A stretch of 64,000 nucleotides of DNA from Massalongia carnosa (taxonomy: Eukaryota): the NCBI GenBank assembly GCA_965645245.1, contig OZ287084.1, positions 248,001 through 312,000 on the forward strand. Direction: 5' to 3'. Each line of letters opens with the position of its first letter. Positions within the stretch are counted from its first letter, which is position 1. The position numbers and the translations under genes are program-made. A model generated the notes under the pieces. That model did no database searches. It worked only from the letters and a program-made list of their open reading frames with translations, and was not told the DNA's origin. This document shows positions 55,286-64,000 of this stretch, piece by piece.

Positions 55286-57042
55286 AAAGGATCATGGTGG
55301 GGATGACCCGACTAGGGTTTCTGGTTGCGATACCCTTTGGGATACCCTGGGGGATATCTCATCATCAGAGATGGATTCTGTCTGGAGTACAGATCTGATC
55401 GTTCAGGGTTTCATGCAGGCATGGTCTTCGCTGCGGTTTTCTTCTTATTCAGTCCTTACCTCTGGAAAGTACATGATAGTTGCTTTGTTAGACACAAACC
55501 AAGCCGTTCTCCACGTCATCCCAACAGCTCATCAAAGATTGCAAATTTCCCTGCGCATGACTTCCTAAACTCGCGAAACTTGAATCCGTGTATTTCCTCT
55601 CATATCATCGTCTGTAAATCCACTAAAGTGGCTTTTGTAAAGCAACCAAGGAGCTGAGGCTTGCGCCTCACTCAGTCCTTCGTTACTCTTGTAAGTGGAA
55701 CGCACTGATCCTGATCTCGGTTTAGGGAAGTACCCTGACAACTACAATCAATTACCGATAGGCGCATCGCACAAACAACTAGTCTCAAGCAGGTGGAAAA
55801 CCGGGAGCGGTGTAGAAAGAAGGTGAGTTTTTTTGGAGTGGTGACGACGCCTCGGGTATGGTATGTACTCGACACTCAGTCCGTAAGATTAGGGAGAGAC
55901 AGACGGACAGACACAAAAAGCCTTGTCAGGTTTCGAGAGCGCACGAATTAAAAAATGGCCGCCCTCCCCCGGGGGGGGGGGACCGACCTAAAGCTGCGCC
56001 TTTGGTTAGGGGCAGCCTTGCTTGCTTTTGTGGACGAGAGCTTTTGTGGACGAGAGAGATTCGATCTGAGAAGAAGGGACTGGGAGGATGCAACTGGAGC
56101 CAAGGAGGGAGATTGCATCTTTGGACAAACAACCCCTGGCCCTTTACCTAAAGATGAGCAAAGCATTTTTAAGGTAGAGTAACTAGTTAGGTACGTACGT
56201 GGGTGTATGTACAACGATTTTTCTTTTTCTTTTTCCTTTTTTTTTTCTCTGGGACGAAACCCACACCAGAATGACCGGGGTCGCAATTAAAAAAATCCCG
56301 CCAGTCATCGCTCTGGGACCAAGTCTATATGCCCATGTTTCGAAACGGGTACGGAGTACTTCGTAGCTTGTACCTCAAGCCACTCGGATGTGTTATTGGA
56401 CGAAAGCACATAGTTATGAACCTTAAATCGTGTCACCCACTTTGGGAAAGACCATGGGCCATAAGGAAGCGGTTGTAGTTACAGAGTACTTGGTACTCGT
56501 ACTCTGTAGCACGATTCTATCACCCCACCAATGCAACCAAGATCGAAACGCTATGACCGACTTGTTGAAACCAAAGATTTCGCGTATCGGCGTTGATGTT
56601 AGGAGTCCGGATCATCACCCTGTCAAGAGATACGATGATAAATATGAGCTGGAAGATGTGTGTTTTATCATACCCCTAATGCACCATCTGTGAGCAATTC
56701 CAAGCTTTTTCAACCATCTACTACTTGTCGTGGAAAACATGTTTCTTTCTTTTCGGAGGGCGCATGCTTTTTGATACCAAAAGTCGCAATTTCTTCGAGG
56801 AATGCGCCAGCTGCTAGATACCGCGATGCTAACGGAGGGTTTTCAAGAGATGAACTCCATACGCGTGATCATGTATATTGCAAAGATTTCACATTCCTTG
56901 GGAAATAAACAAATTTCACAAGTATGAAAACAGCCTGCTTCTCCTAGCTCTTCAACGTGTAGTCTTTCTCTTACAGCTTATATCAGCCATTAGTGAATCC
57001 TTCAATTTCTTCTTACCCAAGTCGCTCATTTAAGAATTAAAT

Positions 57043-58101
57043 ATGAAAATTATCACCGCTTTCGTTGCAGCCATTGCGACCTTGTGCCTTGCCGCACCGA
57101 CTGTTGTGAAGAGAGCTTATAACCTCACGGATGGTATACAGCTCTTAACTGAAAAATCTTTCGGAAAACTGATGTTTGAGAAGGCGCTATTCTCAATTAT
57201 GCATTGACCTTGGAGCACCTGGAGGATAAGTTCTATCGCGAAGGTTTGGCCAACTACTCACAGGAGCAATTTATCGATGCTGGCTTTCCCGACCCATTTT
57301 ACGCGAACCTAAAGGAGATCTCTAGCGATGAAACAACACACGTCACCTTCTTGACTCAGGCACTTCAGGCAGCTAGGATTTTCCCGGTAGCTGAGTGTGT
57401 GTATCGCTTCCCATCGACAGACCCAAAATCATTTGTTGCTCTTTCTGCGGTGTTAGAAGGTTAGCTACCGCTCAGCGGGTATTTTTATTGTGGACTGTGC
57501 TAAGCAGAGTTCAGGGGTTGGAGTCTCCGCCTATCTCGGCGCGGCAGCCGATATCCTCAGTCCTGACTATCTTACTGCGGCGGGCTCCATCCTCACAGTT
57601 GAGGCGCGCCACAGCGCATATATCCGGTCAGCTCTCCAAAAAGTACCATTTCCTGCACCGTTCGACGCTCCGCTTGATCTAAACGAGGTGTACACGCTTG
57701 CCTCACCCTTTATTATTTCTTGTCCACCAGAGAACCCTGAACTCCCGGTCAAGGCGTTCCCGTCATTAACATTAGGCACTGCTGGAAACATTACCGTGGG
57801 CTCAAATATAACGCTCAACACTCCAGGCTATGTTCTTAAACCAAAGAATCCGAGTGCGAGCCTGCATGCTGCTTTCATTTCCATCACTGGACCCATTTTG
57901 GTGGATGTTACCCCGGTGAACGGTGGATTCAGCGTCCAAGTGCCAGCTGGGGTTACAGGCCAGAGTTACGTGGTCTTGGCGAATTGCGGCGAGGTAGTGA
58001 CAGATGATACTGTTGCTGCTGGGCCAGCCATCATTGAGGTGAGTATCTCAACATGAACATAGATGGAAAGACTCTAATCGGTCTTTCAGGTTACGGGCTG
58101 A
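57043..58101 (+). CDS. Secreted Rds1-like ferritin-like domain protein (4 exons; introns 57134-57183, 57460-57514, 58039-58089)
   Basis: Signal peptide; [42 protein letters not shown]; introns splice in frame. Confidence 0.9.
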
Positions 58102-58410
58102 CAGGACGAAATCTGGAGAGCTCTAAAAGGCGTGCTACTGTCATTCTTTATGAATTTTCAGTGCATACATCATAGAATTAAAAATTGGAGGTAGATGGCA
58201 AGCTATCATGTATGGCTTAATTCAGAGGTTGAGTCTTCATGTTGATGCAAAAGGTGTTCGAGATTATTGAGCAACAAGTATGGTATTATTTGCTTATCAT
58301 TCTTTATAATATGTGGCTTAATTGGCTTTTCTTAGTGCCGTATCATACCGATATGAAATTCATATTTGCGTATATCATCATTCTTTCTTTCTTTCGGTTT
58401 TCCTTCTAAC

Positions 58411-59520
58411 TTACGTGGAGGAATTCTCTGCCACTACTTGAAGGAGCCTTAAGTGAGCATTCATGGCTTTCATTGCGAAACCATTCAGGTCGCTCCAATC
58501 TTTTCCTTCCCCGCGAGGCCCGCCATCAAATATCTCGGTAGAAAACCATCCACGAAAACCTGTCTGTAGTACAGCCTGCGCCACACAAACGACCGGAAGG
58601 TAGCCTCCATCAAAGGGTAATGGCCGGAGGCTTGCGCTCCACCTACCTCTCGGCCGAAGACCACTTTGGTCTGGACTCGGATCAAGCGGGGTCTCTGGTT
58701 TATATGCATCAGATATCTGTAATATGTAAATTTTCTGGGCTGGAATGGTCGCCTGAAGCTCGGCCAAACTGGAGTGGAACTTCTGCTCAAGTACTTCCCG
58801 ACCTCCCTCTCCTTCAATGAATCCTGTCTTGGTCGTTGGGTCCGCCCATTCCCCTCCAGCGGTCTGAAAGGTGTCAAGGCAGAGACCAACGTTGTTTCTG
58901 TCAACCTTCTGTACTATCTGCCAGACCTCTTTCCAAGTGGGAGCATACGTTGCCCAACACCAATTCTCATAGGCTAAGCGATAGCCTTTCGATGCGAGAA
59001 GATCAGCCAACTCTCTCAGGTCAGCGGCTAACACATCTTGCGATGAAGAGACATTTGGGGAGTCGGTAGAGCCGACCTTCATTGATTGAGATACAGTTAG
59101 CAGCACCCGCAAGAGTGTCCTCCATTCCCATACCTGAAGCATGTCAGTACCAACGGCTTCCATGATCCTGATCCAACCCTTGGCTCGCCTGAACGCATCC
59201 TGTCGTTCCTCAGAGTGTGGCTCCCAACCTTCAAAGTTTGCAAATGGCTGCAGCATGACAACCTTTAGGTCTAATTTTTCACATAACGCTTTTACGTCCT
59301 TGCCAGCAGCACAAAGATCATTAAAGTCCTGTGCCTGAACATCTCTGTGGTACATATTTGACGCGAAAGAGAGCAAATCTGGAAACCCCAACTCAACTCC
59401 CTTGAAACCAGCGGCCGCAATTGCTTCAAGCTTGTTCCCTAAAGGATCTTTGCTAGTTCCAATAGAGACGGTGGCGTAGCAGGTAGGAACCGCGAAGGGG
59501 GGTCGCAACAGAGACGCCAT
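58411..59520 (-). CDS. Xylose-isomerase-like TIM barrel, 3-dehydroshikimate dehydratase (QutC/Qa-4)-like; 57-nt intron 59133-59077
   Basis: KLEAIAAAGFKGVEL, MLQPFANFEG, LAYENWCW, VGLCLDTFQ, LQISDA, GFRGWFSTEIF. Confidence 0.82.
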   Translation of the reverse strand: MASLLRPPFAVPTCYATVSIGTSKDPLGNKLEAIAAAGFKGVELGFPDLLSFASNMYHRDVQAQDFNDLCAAGKDVKALCEKLDLKVVMLQPFANFEGWEPHSEERQDAFRRAKGWIRIMEAVGTDMLQVWEWRTLLRVLLTVSQSMKVGSTDSPNVSSSQDVLAADLRELADLLASKGYRLAYENWCWATYAPTWKEVWQIVQKVDRNNVGLCLDTFQTAGGEWADPTTKTGFIEGEGGREVLEQKFHSSLAELQATIPAQKIYILQISDAYKPETPLDPSPDQSGLRPRGRWSASLRPLPFDGGYLPVVCVAQAVLQTGFRGWFSTEIFDGGPRGEGKDWSDLNGFAMKAMNAHLRLLQVVAENSST

Positions 59521-61009
59521 GCTGGTTTACAGCGTTGAAACCAAGGCTGTCTGCAAACGCTGTAATAAGGATTTGGGCAAATGAATTGAATTATTTTGTA
59601 GATATTCTCAAGCTGGAAAAGACCTCTCACAACAGGTATGAGTAGGACCTAGGTCTATCCATATCCTTCAAGGAATTGACATCAGCTTTTGTCAACTAAT
59701 GTCATCGCTCCAAATGAACGAGTCATTACGTTTGATAACGTTGGACATTACATGTTACATCATAAAATACCGTTCTGTGCTTGTAATCTATTTCAACGGG
59801 ACCAAGTCGCGCTAATCCCATGATCCGAACGTCCCTAGCGAAGTCTTAGAAGGAATAGAAGCATATTGTCCATTAGGTTGTCTTCTATTTTCAATGATAC
59901 CTTCATGATGGAACAACTGAATGCGAGCCATAATCTCAATTTCTGCAGGAGCTCAAGGCTCCAGAGATCCAAACCGACTCCGTCAAGGAACAGCTTTCCT
60001 TGTGTCTGGGCGGTCCAGTTTAGATAGTTTAGCTCACCGTTCTCGTAGACAGAAGTGCTTCCTGTTGATCAAACAAAAGAATCTCCTATGTCACAAAGCT
60101 TTTCCTGTCTGCCATGGAGTTTCTTACCACTGGTTTTATCAGTGGGCTTACTTTTCAACGTCTTAAAGTCCTCCCTCGACGCGTCCCCTTGCCTAATCTT
60201 TATCACCTCCCTTTCTCGCAGCTTCAAGCTCGACACACATTCTTGGACCGCAGTGCTGAATGATGGTCAAAAAAGTTGCGTTCACTCTCGAATGAAATAT
60301 CATATCATTTAATCACTCTTCGAATAACAGTTATTGTAAACTACTGTCTGTGCAACTTCTTTTTTTTTTTTTTCCAGCAGTTTCATATCAATGGCAGCAA
60401 AAGCGAACATCCAGCTCGAAATGGTCGGCCTGTCGATTTTGACCATCACCGACCACCAATTCATGATTAGCCTTGAAATTGCCGAGGGTCCTATCAAAGT
60501 GAACCATGCTACTAAAATCTCTGAATATGCTCTTGGTGACTTCCCAATCACCCTGAGGTCTCCAGAGGGAAAATCTAGGTTGGATATCTAGGACCTTACA
60601 GACCGCTTAATCTACTCAATACGTTCGGTCAATATCAGACGGCGTACTCCTCCGAAAATTGTGGAGACATTACCTGGGGCAGAATCGTCCCCTCAAACTA
60701 AAACTAACTCTGGATATCCACCCCTCATTACTGAGATTAAAGTCCCTAGTCTTGGGAAGCTTCTGGAGTCTTCAGACACTAGGGAACAAGGCTTGGCTAT
60801 TTCACCCGTGTCACTCACGGTACTAGCTAATTTTCCATGTACAGCAGATCGTCTTAAGCAATTCCTGGGGAAATCGCTAACTTTTTCGTGCAGCGCCTGA
60901 ATCTCTTCTACTCGATCATGAAGGGAGTTCTATAGAAGAAGAACCCATTCGAAAACCTAAGCGCTCAAGCTATGCCGTCCATCGATCAAAGGCAATTGAA
61001 GATCCCACT

Positions 61010-61426
61010 GTGACCAACGTCGAAGATGCTGCACAAGAGCAACCCGAATTTTCCCAAGCCTTGGACCCCAAACAGATAGCCTTTCTTCTTAAACTCCATG
61101 GAAGGATGGCAGAAAGGGTTTATGCACAACAGTATGTGGATTTGAGCCGGTTCTCTAGGCATTCCGATACCGAGGAATATACTATGGATCTCCAGACAAT
61201 CAAAAGTAACTTGATACAAGGTGTTTATCTTTCCTTTGATGTGTTCATGTCCGATCTGGATTTGATCGTTCAGAATTCAGTCGAAGTCAACGGTGCAAGT
61301 CACTATAGAACCAAAAACACCCAAAGAATAAAGGCTTACTTTGCAGAAAGAATTGATCACTTTCTCACTTTGGACGTGCCCGGGCCAAACCCTAATAAAG
61401 GTCAAGGAGATGCAACATCGAGTTAG
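61010..61426 (+). pseudogene. Divergent bromodomain-like fragment
   Basis: MDLQTIKSNLIQGVYLSFDVFMSDLDLIVQNSVEVNGASH matches bromodomain helices A-B; upstream frames are broken. Confidence 0.6.
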
Positions 61427-62729
61427 GGGTTGGGTAAGGTTCGGGAGCCATGATGCCAATAGATATGGCAGTACCTTTATCCGGCAAAGAGGATAATTCG
61501 CTTGCTACGGTTAGTCCCTGTTTGCTGGGAATCCAAGAGTCGAGATCGAATGTTTTTTTCCTTAAAGAATACTAAAGCCTTGCGTCCCCTACTCTTTCCC
61601 CAACAGCGAGGAAAGCAAATATTTCGCCCCAATCCGCTCACATTTCCTACTCCAAAAGTTTCAGTTCCACTTACCCATGCGCCCAATCAGCTGAATCTTA
61701 GCCTTGAAGCAGCGCTGTACATCATTAACTCCGCATAGCTTTCTCATGAAAAAAAAAAGGCTTGGAAACCATAGATTTTCGACATTCTTGTCTGCTTCTC
61801 TCATGTTTCCAAGATTATGCCGCTATGGCACATGTTCCCTAGCCAGCGCTCATTTGTTTGGCGGCCTATATGTCAATGGCGATTGAAGGTGCCCTTTTGC
61901 AGAATCCCTTAAGCGTTAGAACTCTTCGCTCACTAGTGCCGCCCATATCCCTCCAAATCCACCGCTACTTCATCAGCAGCTATATATATCATAACGCTAG
62001 TTCGCATATTACACTACTATCTGCAACACGCATATTTTTTTGGATTTCCATTTTCTGCATATTTCACACAGCCTGAGACGATCCTCTTCCGAGGATTGTT
62101 CTTCTTCAACAACCAGCATCAAGGACCGAGATCCCTACCTATCCATCCATATACAGAAAACGAAGGACATAAAGCCTACAATCGGCCCATCTAAATAATC
62201 CCCTAGTTAGCATACAAGCCATAGGATTTCCCCCTTCTCGCAAGTTTGACGATCTAGCCGCCACAGCTCCATCTTCGCCTCGCCTCGGTGTTATATAAAC
62301 CCCCCTCTTTCATTACGTTTGACCCCTATTACAGAGTAGTTATCCCTTGCTCGCTCACTTCAGTGGAAGTAGGCTACTCTGCACATGCCTCGCCCCGAGG
62401 AGATCACGCAGTTGGGGAATTCTCCAGCAAGTCCAGTTTCACTAAGTATGTACCGAGTAATATCAACCCACCGGTAAAACCGACTACTTATCATTGTATA
62501 TAGTCAGTTATGGGATTCCCCTGGTGCATTTAAGGAATCGCAGTTTCGAAACCTCCAGAGTCCCTGAATTGAGGGTTCGTTACATGTAAACCAAATCGCT
62601 CAAAAACTGAAATTTAACACTTAACATAGTCCTCTAAATAAAAACGGCTAACAAGTACGCTTGAATGCCTTAACATAAATTTTCCCTAATTACAGCCTTC
62701 ATTAGAGGTTATATACTGCGTCATGTTTA

Positions 62730-64000
62730 TCATCCAGCTGATTCCCTGTTCGGATCTTTTCCGGGCACAGGTGGTTTTCTCATGAATCTTGACATTCCCG
62801 ACCCCCTGAGTGTGTTCGACGTCATCCTTGACGAGTTATCCGGACTAGACAGTTCGGCCGCTCTTGGCCGGCCCTCATCCGCTTCAGCAACATAGTATGG
62901 CGCCCCTAGCTCATGAGAGGCTGGTTTATAGTCCTGCTGATGCGCTGGTGGACCGTGGCGTGCATGGTATTCCGCTTCCCATCTGGCGCGGGCCGCTTCC
63001 TCTGAATGCACACGGTTTCGTTTTGAGCGGCGCCGCCAGAGGATGATGGAAGCGACGGCTACTATGGCTGCGACGCCACCGACGCCAATGCCCACACCAA
63101 CCCCTAGTCGGACGTTTTTATCATGTGTGGCCTGGGCTGCATTTGCCGCAATAACGGATGCCGCAGCGGCTGCAGAGACAGAGGAGACCGAAGCTGCGGA
63201 TGCGGCTGATGCGGCTGGTGACGAAGGAGGCGGGTATAGAGGATTCGCTGTTACCGTGATTACTCCTGCCGTTACTGTGGGCGAGCTCGACGTCGAAACT
63301 GGGGGGAAGAGGTCAAAGTCTAGCTTTAACAGTTCGCCAGGACTTGGCTTTTGATTGCAAGCAATATTCAAAGCATTCACATCTAATTCAAACTCAATCA
63401 GTACCCAGCAGAGAAGGCTGTTTCACAAGGTCATACATACAGTTTACCAACGCTTTCGAGTTCGGTACCTTCTCCAAACACTTCGCACACTCATCCGCGA
63501 CTTTCGAAAAGGCCCCATTTCCATCCACGCAGTACTGATATTGAATGGTGGCATTTGTTTGCAGCAACCGATCTGTTAAGGCCGATTGCGCGATATTATT
63601 GGGACCGCTACAAATATCGCCACATTGAGCGCTCGCAGCGGTGACGTTGTTGTTCGGATATGCAAACACACACCAATCGAAGGTAAATTTCATATTAACT
63701 ATACGCCCGCATCAGCAATTGCCCGATTTCTCCACTCAGAGTCAGTTGATCCAAACGCACACAAAACCCAGTAGACCTCATTTTCGTTTGATTTCGAGTC
63801 TATCGCGGTACTTTGGAGTTCACAGGTCATGCAGTCCTTGAATTTGCGACCTCGGACAGTCGAATTTGGACCGTCAAACTCATAATCGCTACAAACAGCG
63901 TCCTTTGTTTGCGTGGAGGAGTTTAACTTATCCCCAGGGTCACTAGTGTTGTCAATATTATCATCGCACAGCGAGCTGCATTCTGAATTAGGAGTAACCT
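62730..64000 (-). CDS. Single-pass membrane protein with Cys-rich ectodomain and Ser/Ala-rich stalk (5' end beyond window; at least 2 introns)
   Basis: Exon VTPNSECSSLCDD...KFKDCMTCE...YWVL, exon MKFTFDWCVF...CAKCLE, exon with TM GVGVGIGVGGVAAIVAVASIILW followed by RRRSKR. Confidence 0.8.

Noticed and set aside
55958..55985. C-run/G-run palindrome as a regulatory or G-quadruplex element
   Set aside because: A low-complexity homopolymer with no supporting context.

Overview
Eukaryotic DNA from a filamentous ascomycete (short GT-AG introns with CTAAC branch points, a fungal NLR, fungal TE families). It has three parts. (1) 1-2.6 kb: a secreted protein cut by the window edge, whose motifs match the ADP-ribosyl cyclase/CD38-like NADase fold, divergently paired with a small ankyrin-repeat gene. 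(2) ~3-33.4 kb: a nested transposon island that can be resolved almost base by base from target-site duplications (TSDs). It holds a broken Tad1-like LINE carrying two ~115-bp mini-LTRs, then a DD37E Tc1-like remnant. Just after that ORF, one solo LTR is split 25.5 kb apart by two tandem DD34E-type Tc1 elements sharing one TA site. These two host three more solo LTRs, a Copia lacking RT (with an intact, identical-LTR Copia inside its 3' LTR), a self-priming chromovirus and a GalEa-type Copia. There is no sign of heavy RIP. (3) 33.8-64 kb: a NACHT-ankyrin NLR with an extra C-terminal beta-rich domain, two pogo/Fot1 elements, MFS, CorA and APH-kinase pseudogenes, and genes for an EthD protein, an expansin-like protein, an Rds1 ferritin-like protein, a 3-dehydroshikimate dehydratase-like protein, a bromodomain fragment and a single-pass membrane protein. 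All family calls are from motif recognition by eye; no searches were run.
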